Counted from the stretch's first letter, positions 47,552 through 56,752 are shown. The stretch is DNA of 64,000 nucleotides from Thermoplasmata archaeon (GCA_052326445.1 JBKQNC010000011.1:65229-129228); one strand, 5' to 3'. Program-made: numbers and translations. Notes: a model not told the origin generated them from the letters alone.

Positions 47552-47575
47552 GGGTGCAACCTGACTTGTACCCAC
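47552..47575. repeat. Extragenic palindrome GGGTGCAA-CCTGAC-TTGTACCC(AC) (family copy 2, one G·U position)
   Basis: Between convergent stops 47540 (+) and 47598 (-). Confidence 0.55.
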
Positions 47576-47597
47576 TGGCAGACCAAACCGACCTAGC

Positions 47598-48863
47598 TCA
47601 GGGATGGCACCCGCTGACCGCGTAGTCGTCCCCGTTGAATTCAGCGTATCCGAAGTCTTCGTACAGGTCGGATTCCGTGACCGTAACGTGGTTGACCGGG
47701 TCGTAGAAGACGACGACCCCGTTGTTCGGGTTGTCGGATAAGATGACCGAAGGTCCGAGCAGCTGATGGAGGGAGCTCAGAGTGCTCGCAGGGATCGCGG
47801 GATTATCATGAGCGCACGAGGTAAGTGGAGGTCCTCCTCCATGTCCCCCCCCGCCTCCTCCCGGGGTGGTGATAGTGATCGGCTGCGGGTTGGCATTCGG
47901 CGAAATAGCGATCGTAGCGAGTACGACCACGAGCACGAAAAAGACCGCCGAGGCGCGGTAAGCTACAGGCCAGCGAGCCGGCGAATCTGACAGAGTCCCT
48001 TTGGGGGTAACACGCGGGTGACGCACGGGGCGGGCGACCGGGGCCGAAGATACGACTCGCAACCCTCCTACCACTATGTTCACGATGAGAAGGCCGATCA
48101 AGATCCCGATCGAAGGGAAGACCAAAGAAAGGGTGACGGCGCCAATCGCCGCGCCAGCACCGTAGAGGGCCTGAAATGCTGGATCCGCCGGGGAGGTTCG
48201 GGGCTCCGTGATCATGTACAACCCGAAGAAGATAGTCGCTGGATCGGCGACTTCCAGGAAGAGGACGTTGGGATTCAAGGAGGCGCTGATCAGCAAGTGG
48301 ACGGCTGCTACCGTCAGCCCATAGGCGACGAAGAATCCGAGTGGAAGGCGCCAGCTTCGAGGACTTCGGGCCAGAAGCAACAACCCGAGGCCCACCATGA
48401 TGAACTCTCCATACTGGCCCAATGACACCCACCAAGCGGGAGCCAGCCCGAAAACTAGCGCGCCGAGAAACACTCCGGAGGCAGCGGGATTGAAAAACGG
48501 ATGTCCTCGGTAGCGAATTGCGTGGCGGATGCCGATGGCGGCGAAGGCAACGGCCCCCGCGAGGGTAAGAGGGACTACAGGGGGAAGGATGACCGCGATG
48601 AGAAGTCCGGTTGCGAGGGCGGCGTCGGGAAATCGAGGCCGTGGGAATCTCGCGACCTGGAAGATGAGGTCGCTTCCCACGGCCACTGCCGGGACGATCA
48701 GGAGGGGGAGAAATCCGAGGCCGTGGAGGACCATTACCCCGTATGTGCCGAGTACGACCAGAGATATCCAAAGGAGACGAGCAGGGGGGAGCCATCGACG
48801 GAAAATGCCGCGCGCGGCCCACGTACGGCCATGCTCACCCGGAGCGGCCAAGGCAGCATCCAC
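47598..48863 (-). CDS. Standalone RnfD/NqrB-family polytopic membrane protein with Gly-rich linker and C-terminal extracytoplasmic domain
   Basis: …RGHPFFNPAASGVFLGALVF…, …LATGLLIAVILPPVVP…, and …LYMITEPRTSPADP… resemble the RnfD/RsxD motifs (GQNPFNPAM; ILTDPVTASTT). The C-terminus carries GGGGGHGGGPP plus a Cys-containing domain. Confidence 0.5.
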   Translation of the reverse strand: MDAALAAPGEHGRTWAARGIFRRWLPPARLLWISLVVLGTYGVMVLHGLGFLPLLIVPAVAVGSDLIFQVARFPRPRFPDAALATGLLIAVILPPVVPLTLAGAVAFAAIGIRHAIRYRGHPFFNPAASGVFLGALVFGLAPAWWVSLGQYGEFIMVGLGLLLLARSPRSWRLPLGFFVAYGLTVAAVHLLISASLNPNVLFLEVADPATIFFGLYMITEPRTSPADPAFQALYGAGAAIGAVTLSLVFPSIGILIGLLIVNIVVGGLRVVSSAPVARPVRHPRVTPKGTLSDSPARWPVAYRASAVFFVLVVVLATIAISPNANPQPITITTPGGGGGGHGGGPPLTSCAHDNPAIPASTLSSLHQLLGPSVILSDNPNNGVVVFYDPVNHVTVTESDLYEDFGYAEFNGDDYAVSGCHP

Positions 48864-49053
48864 GCATCCTCGACTGCGGAACTTGGCTTAAACCCCGACT
48901 CTTGCGATTCGGAGTCGAGGACGGGCTCACCGGATATTCAGATCGAATCCGAAAGGGCGATCTCTCACGGTTCTCAAACAATCCCCCCGCGGTCCCCGGA
49001 ACCACCGGGAGGGATGAATTTCTTGGGGCATGGTCGGGTTAAGATAGTGGGGG

Positions 49054-49518
49054 GTGGAAGTTCGGTATGTGTCCGACCTTTCGGCTACGGTCTCGATTCT
49101 CGTCCTCTTCGTTTCGGTGGGAGTGGGGGGACTTACCCTGTTCCTTCTCCGAGGTGACGCCCGACCCCAAGCAATCTTGAGCGCTCTCGCTCAGGTCACG
49201 CTGATTCCCGAGCGTCGCCGCCGATTCTTGCTCCTGCTGTGGGCCTCGGCAGTATGCTTCCTCGTCACCGGGGTCCTGCTCGGTCTCTACCGATTGGGAT
49301 TGCAACTCGGGGACGACCCGGACCTCTGGTTCTCGATCTCGTTCTTAGTCGGAATGCTCGCGTTGGGGGCCCTCGCGTGGGTAGGCCTCAGCCCGCGACC
49401 GCTGACGGAGTCCGAGCGGGCCGCCGCAGAACGGGACGCTCCGAATATGCTGGAGAGTCTCTGGATGGCACCCTATCGGGGACTGGACGAATCCCCGCCG
49501 AAGCGCGGTAAGCCCTAA
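49054..49518 (+). CDS. Hypothetical membrane protein (GTG start)
   Basis: 3-4 TM helices. Confidence 0.45.
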   Translation: MEVRYVSDLSATVSILVLFVSVGVGGLTLFLLRGDARPQAILSALAQVTLIPERRRRFLLLLWASAVCFLVTGVLLGLYRLGLQLGDDPDLWFSISFLVGMLALGALAWVGLSPRPLTESERAAAERDAPNMLESLWMAPYRGLDESPPKRGKP

Positions 49519-49630
49519 GGCAAACTGCCCACCTCGCTGCCAACCTCGGGAATGCCCGGCCGGCGGGAGGCGCCCTGGACGCCGTTCCCCGTGGTGAGGC
49601 TCGTACAAGTTCTGTGTCAGTACCTTAGGT

Positions 49631-50011
49631 TTGGCTCTGGGTCGGGATCCCCCAGCGGACGGCGCCCCCGGGGCCCAACAGATTCCGCCTTTGCACCAAT
49701 TCCTTAAACCGTCGCACAGGGTGTCCGTCCTCGTGGGCCTTTTCGAGCTGTTTGTCGCCGTCCTCATCGCAGGGATGTCCTGCATCAACGCGGCCCTGCC
49801 GGCCAGTGCCTACGTTCGGGCGCGAGATGCACGATTCCTGCTCCTCGCCAGTGCGAACGCGGGTCTGGTCCTCCTTGGGGGCCTCTGGATCTGGGGAGAG
49901 CTGCCGGTCTCGCCGCCATCGTGGACCGCGGCGACCCTGCCCATCCTGGTCCTGGTCCTCATCGTGACTTTGCTCCTTCTCGCCACCACGCTCCTTCCCC
50001 GGCGCGCGTGA
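49631..50011 (+). CDS. Hypothetical small membrane protein (3 TM; TTG start; true start uncertain)
   Basis: Hydrophobic helices. Lies immediately upstream of the wHTH regulator. Confidence 0.4.
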   Translation: MALGRDPPADGAPGAQQIPPLHQFLKPSHRVSVLVGLFELFVAVLIAGMSCINAALPASAYVRARDARFLLLASANAGLVLLGGLWIWGELPVSPPSWTAATLPILVLVLIVTLLLLATTLLPRRA

Positions 50012-50014
50012 GCG

Positions 50015-50542
50015 ATGGAAGACGACCCGCTGAGCCTTGAAACTCGGCGTCGAATTTTCGCCGCGATCCGCCAGGCCCCTGGGAGCGGCGCACGAGAAGT
50101 TCAACGGGCCGCGGCCACCGGATGGGGAGAGACCACCTACCATCTTGACCGACTGACCCAATCCGGGCTTATCCATCGGGAACGGAGCAGTTCCCAGGAC
50201 CATTATTTTGTGGCCGAAGTTCCCCTCGGAGACCGGAGGCTCCTGGGACTGACTCGGTCCGCTTCCGCTCGGCGGCTCCTGGTGTCGCTCATCGGCTCCG
50301 AGGAATCCACGGTCCCCGAGCTGACCGCTCGGACCGGGTTGAGCGAAGGTCGGCTTTCCGTCCACCTCCGTCGGCTCATCGAAACTGGGGTGGTTCAGAT
50401 GGGGAGGCGGGGAAGATGGAGAACCTTCGTGGTGGGAGATCGAGAAAGGGTGGTGCGACTGTTGGTCACGTACCGAGAGGGTTTCACGGACTCGTTGGTC
50501 GAGGGTCTGGTGGAGACCTGGTCCGATCTGTTCCGACCCTGA
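50015..50542 (+). CDS. Tandem winged-helix (ArsR/MarR/TrmB-like) transcriptional regulator
   Basis: Two wHTH units: …RRRIFAAIRQAPGSGAREVQRAAATGWGETTYHLDRLTQSGLIHRER… and …RRLLVSLIGSEESTVPELTARTGLSEGRLSVHLRRLIETGVVQM…. Confidence 0.65.
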   Translation: MEDDPLSLETRRRIFAAIRQAPGSGAREVQRAAATGWGETTYHLDRLTQSGLIHRERSSSQDHYFVAEVPLGDRRLLGLTRSASARRLLVSLIGSEESTVPELTARTGLSEGRLSVHLRRLIETGVVQMGRRGRWRTFVVGDRERVVRLLVTYREGFTDSLVEGLVETWSDLFRP

Positions 50543-50618
50543 ACCCCCGCCTTTGGACCTACGGGTTCCGTTCTTGGACCAAAAGCGGGGTAGTTCTCCC
50601 CGTGCCTTGGAGGAAGTG

Positions 50619-51593
50619 ATGCGGACCTGCACTGGACGAGGCCCCTCCCGGTGGAAGCATGGCTTGCCCCTCCTCGCCGTGAGCGCCGTAGCCCTCCTTC
50701 TACTCACGATCCCGGTCAACGCTTCTGCGTCCACCACGTCGACCTGGCAAGCGGCGCCCATGTCGTGGTCCAACGGTCTGGTTCTCTGTGTGTTCACGCC
50801 CACCGCTCCCGCCGCGGCCGTGTCGGCCCTCGCCCGTGCAGAGAGTGGGATCTCGGTGGGCCTCAACACGGTCTACGAGGTCAACTCGACCGGCACGGAC
50901 GTCGCCGGGGCACTTCTTTCGACCTCCGGCTGGAACGTGACCAACCTCTCCAGCGAGGATCAGTACGACCTCCACTACTCCACCACGGCGGAGGTCGGTT
51001 CTACCCGTTTTGCCGGAATCACCTTCGGCAACGTCACCATCCAGGTCGACTTCGTGCTCCCGGTCTACGGGGAGTCCCCCACGATGCCGACCGACACGGT
51101 ATCGGTCCAGCTCCTAGTTTCGCAATGGCCCTGGCAGAACGGCACAGATCACCTTGCAATTACCTACACCGCCGCCCCGGCCTACGTAAACACGGAAAAG
51201 TTGGTGTTCGGGACCTCGCCCTCCAGCCTCGTCACCAGCGTCTCCTGGTCCAACGGAACCCCGCTGGAGCAACTGGGCGTCTCCACGGAGGCCGTCGCCG
51301 ACCCGGGGACGCCCGCGAGCACGAACGTGACCGCCGTCGCCGCCGCGTCAGGCAGTGCGCCGGCGGGAACGGTGACCGTCTCCTTTGGAACCGGTGCCGG
51401 AACGTACTCTTCGCTCGGCTTTGACGCGAGCGTGCGGGTCTTGTTCCCGTCCGAGATCGCCGGGATTCCGACCATCGATTTCGTTGCGGTCGGTGCCGTG
51501 GGCGCGCTCATCTCGGTCCTGGTCGCGGCGGGCGTGCGCAGCGTGCGTGGCCGCCCTTCCGACCTTACCTTCGTAGACGAGGAGGAACGATGA
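50619..51593 (+). CDS. Secreted glycoprotein with signal peptide and C-terminal TM anchor; distant member of the surface-protein paralog family
   Basis: Signal peptide …LLLLTIPVNASAS, ≥10 N-x-T/S sequons, …TFGNVTIQVDF… (compare TFGNVLFQV in 62498..62938), and a C-terminal anchor VAVGAVGALISVLVAAGV. GGAGGAAG Shine-Dalgarno upstream. Confidence 0.6.
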   Translation: MRTCTGRGPSRWKHGLPLLAVSAVALLLLTIPVNASASTTSTWQAAPMSWSNGLVLCVFTPTAPAAAVSALARAESGISVGLNTVYEVNSTGTDVAGALLSTSGWNVTNLSSEDQYDLHYSTTAEVGSTRFAGITFGNVTIQVDFVLPVYGESPTMPTDTVSVQLLVSQWPWQNGTDHLAITYTAAPAYVNTEKLVFGTSPSSLVTSVSWSNGTPLEQLGVSTEAVADPGTPASTNVTAVAAASGSAPAGTVTVSFGTGAGTYSSLGFDASVRVLFPSEIAGIPTIDFVAVGAVGALISVLVAAGVRSVRGRPSDLTFVDEEER

Positions 51594-51808
51594 CACCGGG
51601 CGGGGCCGAAGTGTCGCCGTCGTCGAACTGGACCGTGGGGCTCTCCTGCGGACACCGGATCGGGGTTCTACCGGACGAGGTGTCACTCGTCGTGATGGCG
51701 CATCTCGTTCGTCATGAAGCGACGAGTGGACTCTTGGCGACTTTTCCGCGCCCCAAATCGGGGCGAAGGTACTTCGTACCTATCCTACCGGGGGTGGCAC
51801 CACGATGA
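51590..51808 (+). CDS. Small hypothetical ORF, ATGA-overlapped with upstream gene
   Basis: 72 aa. The only support is translational coupling. Confidence 0.25.
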   Translation: MTPGGAEVSPSSNWTVGLSCGHRIGVLPDEVSLVVMAHLVRHEATSGLLATFPRPKSGRRYFVPILPGVAPR

Positions 51809-51993
51809 ACCGGCGCGGATCGTCCTCTCTCCGATTTGGGGGGTTCGGGTCCGGTGCCCGGACCTCCATTCTCATGATGATGGTCCTGTCCGCGGCGTTC
51901 CTCGATCCACAACATCGGGGTCGCAACAGTCCTAGCAACCGGGGGGCCTCGCCGACCCGCTAGTTTCGTCGAAGCAGAACTCGAGGCAGAAAC

Positions 51994-53067
51994 ATGGCAC
52001 CCTCCCTCCCAACCCTGGGCGCAGATACTTTCCAGGGACCGCAACCTGGATTGGCCGGGGCCGAGCCCCGCTCAGAAGAGAGAATTCATCCCTCGGCTCT
52101 ACCCGAGACGCAGCCCGGGGAGGGGGTCCGGCCCGAGGATCGGGTGGCATCCCTCCTGCGAATTGCGGGAAGATTCGGGACCGGGGTCCCCCTCCGAAAA
52201 CTTCACGAATTGCTACCCTCCGAAGGTCCGGGCACGGTCGATGCCTTACGTAGCTGGCTGGAAGAACGTCCCTCTCTGGCTCACGTGGAGAACGGGCGGG
52301 CGTTCGCACCCACCATCGCCGTCACTTCCGGTTCCGAGCGAGAAGCGCGGGCTGAATACTACCGAAAGTACGCCGAACGCCTCTGGGGGGGCCCCCTCTC
52401 CTTCGCCCAAGATCTTGTCCGATGCGTCGGGATCAGTGGGTCGACCGCCTTTGGAGAGCCGCAGTCGGGTGATGACCTCGATCTTTTCGTCGTTCCTCGG
52501 ACCGGGGCCCTCTGGTGGTTTCTGGCGCGGATGTACTTGACTTTACGGATCATTCGTCGGCGCCATCCCGCATTTCAAGGCCCGCCCCTTTGCCTGAACT
52601 ACGTCCTGGAGGAGAACATCGCTCGCTCCGAGTTCGCGAGTCGGAACGACCCGTTGTTCGCCCGAGAGGCTCTGAACGTCGCCATTCTGAGCGGGGAAGA
52701 TTACTACCGTGGGCTCGTCGCCTCAGCTCCGTGGATGCGCGACATGTTTCCCCGGCTCTACGATATCCGAAGCCAATCGCCGGGAAACCTGGATCCTTCG
52801 CCGGTTCCCTTCTCGATCCGGGCCATGAATCTGGCGGTCTACCCCTTGGTAGCGCTGTACCTCCATATGGGGGGCCTGATCCGGAACTGGCGAGAACGAC
52901 GTGCTGGATCGCCGGATTGGTGTTTCCGAACCGAGACCAGCCGAGGTCGTCTGGCGTTCCCTTCCCGAAGGTTCGACCAGTTAAGGGAGCAATACCTGGA
53001 GTCCTCGGACCTTCGACCAGGTGATGAGGGGGGAGTTGGTTCGACACGTGTATCGACCGTACGTTGA
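51994..53067 (+). CDS. Nucleotidyltransferase (Pol-beta superfamily) domain protein
   Basis: GISGSTAFGEPQSGDDLDLFVV is the hG[GS]-x9-13-Dh[DE]h NTase motif. Confidence 0.6.
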   Translation: MAPSLPTLGADTFQGPQPGLAGAEPRSEERIHPSALPETQPGEGVRPEDRVASLLRIAGRFGTGVPLRKLHELLPSEGPGTVDALRSWLEERPSLAHVENGRAFAPTIAVTSGSEREARAEYYRKYAERLWGGPLSFAQDLVRCVGISGSTAFGEPQSGDDLDLFVVPRTGALWWFLARMYLTLRIIRRRHPAFQGPPLCLNYVLEENIARSEFASRNDPLFAREALNVAILSGEDYYRGLVASAPWMRDMFPRLYDIRSQSPGNLDPSPVPFSIRAMNLAVYPLVALYLHMGGLIRNWRERRAGSPDWCFRTETSRGRLAFPSRRFDQLREQYLESSDLRPGDEGGVGSTRVSTVR

Positions 53068-53115
53068 GAACCTCCACGTCCTCGCCTCCGTACTACGGGC
53101 GAAAGGTCGAGGGTT

Positions 53116-54312
53116 GTGGTAGCTGAACTTCGCCCCGGCCGCGCCGGGCCGGCCCGACCCGTCCAGTCCGACCACCTTGAGCTAGTCCGCACCTCAGGGC
53201 CCCTTCCGCTGGGGTACGTCCAGGAGAATTCCCTGATCTGGCTGGTGGCTCGTGAGTCTACCGCTCTCTGGCCCACCCAGGTTCTCCGGGAGGGCCGCGC
53301 GCAGCTTCGGGTGGACGACCACCTAGTTTCCGGGACCGTGGAGCTGATCACCGATCCCGAAGAACGCAGCCAGGTTCTGGAACGCTTTCGAGCCAAGTAC
53401 GGGGAGCGTCGGTTCGAACGACACTACGCTCATCCCGCGCGGGTCTTTCGTGTCGATATCCGTCCTTCGGGGCCCCCAGACAACAAGGAAGTGACGTATC
53501 GTCGCTGGCTGGTCGGCGAATTCGATAACCTTGCGGACGACTACGACCGCCACATCACGGAAAACCGCGTGAATCGGCTCCTCCGGGAGCGCTCGCTCGC
53601 AGAACTCCGGCGAGTCTTCTCCTCGGCGCACTACTTGCTCGACGTAGGGTGCGGTTCCGGGATGGAGACGCTTCCCCTCCTCACCGACGGGCACGAGATC
53701 GTATGTGTGGACATTTCAGAACGGATGCTCGAAGTGGTCCGGAAAAAGGCACGGGCGGCCGGACTTTCGGAATCCCTTCGAACCATCCGAGCCTCGGCCG
53801 CAGAACTTGCGGAGGTGCGAAAGGTCATCTCCGGCCCGTTCGACGGTGCGTACTCGACCTACGGTGCGCTGAACTGCGAGGAGGACATCGGGGCGGTGCC
53901 TCCCGTTTTGTTCGACCTCATGGCGCCGCGTGCCCCGTTGATCGCAGGGGTCTACAATCGTTGGTGCCTTTTCGAGATGCTCGCGTACGGGATCACCGGC
54001 CGCTGGTCCCGGGTGTTCGGACGAGTCCAGACTCCGGTTCCCGCCGGTACCTCTCGGTTCTCCGTTGACGCCTTTGCCTATTCCGTGGCCGAATTTCGGG
54101 CAGAGTTCCACCGGTGGTTCGAGGCCGAGCGAGTTCTGGGCGTGCCCGTCATCATTCCAACCTCTGACATGGTGGTCTACGCCGACCGATTCGCCCGACG
54201 GTGGGAAGTGCTCGCGAACATCGACCTCGCCTTAGGGCGCAATTGGCCGTGGAAGCTGCTGGGGGATCACTTTCTGCTGACTTCGTTCCGCCGCGCAGCA
54301 CCCCTCAGTTGA
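53116..54312 (+). CDS. Fusion protein: N-terminal DUF385/PNPOx-like split-barrel (deazaflavin-dependent nitroreductase-like) + C-terminal class-I SAM-dependent methyltransferase
   Basis: N-terminal …LIWLVARESTALWPTQVLREGRAQLRVDDHLVSGTVELITDPEERSQVLERFRAKYGERRFERHYAHPARVFRVDIRP… (DUF385 pattern). C-terminal LLDVGCGSGMETLPLL…VCVDISERML (SAM motif I). Confidence 0.6.
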   Translation: MVAELRPGRAGPARPVQSDHLELVRTSGPLPLGYVQENSLIWLVARESTALWPTQVLREGRAQLRVDDHLVSGTVELITDPEERSQVLERFRAKYGERRFERHYAHPARVFRVDIRPSGPPDNKEVTYRRWLVGEFDNLADDYDRHITENRVNRLLRERSLAELRRVFSSAHYLLDVGCGSGMETLPLLTDGHEIVCVDISERMLEVVRKKARAAGLSESLRTIRASAAELAEVRKVISGPFDGAYSTYGALNCEEDIGAVPPVLFDLMAPRAPLIAGVYNRWCLFEMLAYGITGRWSRVFGRVQTPVPAGTSRFSVDAFAYSVAEFRAEFHRWFEAERVLGVPVIIPTSDMVVYADRFARRWEVLANIDLALGRNWPWKLLGDHFLLTSFRRAAPLS

Positions 54313-54369
54313 GCTCCGTGATTCGAACAAGTTGGGATAGAAGGACCCTAGACCCATACTCTCGGCCTG

Positions 54370-54395
54370 GGGGTTGCAAGCTGGCTTGCACCCAC
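54370..54395. repeat. Extragenic palindrome GGTTGCAAGC-TG-GCTTGCACC(CAC) (family copy 3)
   Basis: Between convergent stops 54312 (+) and 54488 (-). Confidence 0.55.
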
Positions 54396-54487
54396 GCTGC
54401 CTCGAAGGCGCTGTTAGATTCAGAGCTAGGTCGTGTTTCGTTCTATTCGGTCACCCTCTTACGAGAAGGGCGATCCAGGAGCCGAGT

Positions 54488-55120
54488 TCACGGAAGGGCG
54501 CTCGAGCCCGTACCATCGAATCCCGCGGTGCCCGTGTATGTAAGTTGGTAGCCCTGGCCCGTCGGATTAGAAGTTCCAATGTCCACCCATAGAGAGTAAA
54601 GATTGTTCAGTGTGGTGGTGGATTGGATATCGTCGAAGTAAACCCACCCAGAGTACATCGACATCGAACCTCCCGGTGTGGGGTAGTCGGCTGAAAGGAC
54701 CCCAGATTGGTTGAAGATCGTGAACCCCGCTTGCACGCTAAAGACGATCAACAGACTGCCGTTTGGACGCTCGACATGGAACAGAATTTGGTCAAACTCA
54801 ATCTGTGAAGACTCGAACGTGAGATTGTAGAGGTAGTCCCCTCCCGAACAACCCGAGGTCCGGAACTTATCGCCCTGAGGACACTTGGACAGCCGTGCGT
54901 TGCCCACTGTGAACGGGCCCCCCCAGCCATGGTCTGAGGGCGAAACGGGCTGTGGGAACAGTGGTATCAGTCCAAGAGCCCCGGCGAGCAGGATGACAAC
55001 GGCAACAGCGATTACGCCTCCGACGAGCCAGAATTGCCAGGACGCCTTCTTCACCGTTGTAGTGACTCTCGCGGTTTGAGCCGATAAAATCAGCGGCGGG
55101 GATACATTGGCCGGCTGCAT
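54488..55120 (-). CDS. Membrane-anchored secreted protein, member of GCxxGD[YF]xY-motif paralog family (start at MQPANV, 55120)
   Basis: TM anchor WQFWLVGGVIAVAVVILLAGALGLI, then …GCSGGDYLYNLTFESSQIEFDQILFHV…. Confidence 0.6.
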   Translation of the reverse strand: MQPANVSPPLILSAQTARVTTTVKKASWQFWLVGGVIAVAVVILLAGALGLIPLFPQPVSPSDHGWGGPFTVGNARLSKCPQGDKFRTSGCSGGDYLYNLTFESSQIEFDQILFHVERPNGSLLIVFSVQAGFTIFNQSGVLSADYPTPGGSMSMYSGWVYFDDIQSTTTLNNLYSLWVDIGTSNPTGQGYQLTYTGTAGFDGTGSSALP

Positions 55121-55167
55121 TACTAGTCTTATCTGGACCGCCGCTCCGAACCCTGAGTGGCAGCCCA

Positions 55168-55191
55168 GAGGTGCAAACGGGTTTGCACCTC
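55168..55191. repeat. Extragenic palindrome GAGGTGCAAAC-GG-GTTTGCACCTC (family copy 4, opposite orientation, preceded by CCCTGAGTGG)
   Basis: 11-bp perfect arms in the divergent intergenic region 55121..55344. Confidence 0.6.
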
Positions 55192-55344
55192 CCCGTCGAG
55201 GGTTGGGCGTCTGCGGGGCCGGCACAGGCGAGTTTCCGGCCTGCGAGGTATTTTTAGGGCCCGGACATTGAACCGAGCGGCATGAACCGGCCCGAAGAGT
55301 ATTAATTGAGGTCCGCTGAATCCGTCCTGCGCCCGTTCGAACCC

Positions 55345-55614
55345 ATGCTCGAGGTCCGTTTGGATGGTTGGCTCAGGGGATTTGGGCCGCACAAGAGCGA
55401 GAAGGTCGAGGCCGGCTCGGTGGGTGTGATGATCGATGTCCTCGAACAGCGTTACCCACGATTTCGGTACAAGGTACGCGACGAAACGGGGCAGCTCCGC
55501 CGGTACGTTCGGGTCTTTGTGGACGGACAGGACGTCAGCGGAACGACGGGAGTGGACACGCCTTTGACGGGCGCCCACACTGTAGACATCATCCATTCAA
55601 TCGCGGGCGGTTAA
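55345..55614 (+). CDS. MoaD/ThiS/SAMP-like small ubiquitin-fold protein ending in Gly-Gly
   Basis: About 90 aa with the beta-grasp pattern and a C-terminal …IIHSIAGG*. A TATA-like ATTAATT lies upstream. Confidence 0.55.
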   Translation: MLEVRLDGWLRGFGPHKSEKVEAGSVGVMIDVLEQRYPRFRYKVRDETGQLRRYVRVFVDGQDVSGTTGVDTPLTGAHTVDIIHSIAGG

Positions 55615-55627
55615 GGAGAGGGAGAAA

Positions 55628-56752
55628 ATGGCGCGGGACAACAAAATGCGAATCTTGGTCGGAACGCGGAAGGGGACCTACGTAGTCAAAGGAGACACCA
55701 AGCGGAAGGCATGGAAGGTGGGACCGGCGTCCCATGAGGGGTCCGAGGTTTATCACGTGGTGGCCGACCCGCGGCATCCGGGAGACATCTACGCTGCCGT
55801 GAACAGCGCTTTCTGGGGCCCGATGATCCAACGTTCCCGGAACTGGGGAAAAACGTGGAAGGAGATCGGCACCCCGCTCACCCCTCCCAAGAAAGACCGT
55901 AAACCCCGGTTCGACGATTCGGATCCCACCACGAAATGGGCCATCAGCAATCTCTGGCACATCGAGCCCGGGCTCCCCAGCCAGCCGAACACGCTCTACC
56001 TCGGCGCCGACCCGCACTTGCTCTTCCGCACCTCGGATCTGGGATCTAGCTGGGAGCCGATCGAGTCGCTCAACAATCACCCGAAGAGGAAGGACTGGTC
56101 TCCTGGGGCGGGGGGTGCCTGCCTGCACACTATCCTCATCGACCCGCGCGATGCCCGTCGGATGTACGTGGGGTTGTCCGCCGTGGGAACCTTCCGGACC
56201 GAGGACGGCGGCGAGTCATGGAAGCCGACCAACAAAGGAGTGGAAGCGCCGTTCCTTCCGAACAAGTTTCCGGAGACGGGGCAATGTGTCCATGATGTAG
56301 CCGCGGATGCCGGGAACCCGGACACCTTCTACCGGCAGGACCACGGTGGGATGTACGTCTCCCACGATCGGATGGAAAAGTGGGTCCGAATCGGCAAACC
56401 GCTCGGGGACGACTTCGGCTTCACGGTGGCGTCGCCCCCGGCCGTCCCGGGGAGGGCCTACTTTGTCCGGTTGGACGGGATGGCCCGCGTGACCGGAGAG
56501 GGACATTTCCAGGTCCACGAGTGGAATGACAAGACCCGCAAGTGGCGGAAACTTCTCTCACCGAAGGCGTTTCCCGGTCACTTCGGGGTTCAACGAGAAG
56601 GGATCGCGACCGACGATCGGGACCCCCCAGGAATTTACGTCGGCACAACTACGGGACAGCTCTTCATCAGTTCGGATGCGGGCAAGAGCTGGAAGCTGCT
56701 GCCGTTCAGCTTCCCGTCCATCCACTCCGTGAGCATCGCGAACCCCGGGTAA
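55628..56752 (+). CDS. BNR/Asp-box repeat (sialidase-like beta-propeller, Ycf48-like) protein
   Basis: Repeated S-x-D-x-G-x-[ST]-W motifs: SRNWGKTW, SDLGSSWE, TEDGGESWK, SSDAGKSWK. A GGAGAGGGAG Shine-Dalgarno sits upstream. Confidence 0.7.
   Translation: MARDNKMRILVGTRKGTYVVKGDTKRKAWKVGPASHEGSEVYHVVADPRHPGDIYAAVNSAFWGPMIQRSRNWGKTWKEIGTPLTPPKKDRKPRFDDSDPTTKWAISNLWHIEPGLPSQPNTLYLGADPHLLFRTSDLGSSWEPIESLNNHPKRKDWSPGAGGACLHTILIDPRDARRMYVGLSAVGTFRTEDGGESWKPTNKGVEAPFLPNKFPETGQCVHDVAADAGNPDTFYRQDHGGMYVSHDRMEKWVRIGKPLGDDFGFTVASPPAVPGRAYFVRLDGMARVTGEGHFQVHEWNDKTRKWRKLLSPKAFPGHFGVQREGIATDDRDPPGIYVGTTTGQLFISSDAGKSWKLLPFSFPSIHSVSIANPG

Noticed and set aside
49625-50869. 414-aa minus ORF
   Set aside because: Antisense to the membrane-protein and wHTH regulator genes; no TM or domain features; P/G/S-rich.
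51994-53067. Possible CBASS CD-NTase
   Set aside because: Size and GS…DxD motif are compatible, but there is no adjacent effector (SAVED, TM, nuclease, patatin) and no Cap2/Cap3. The call was kept as a generic NTase.
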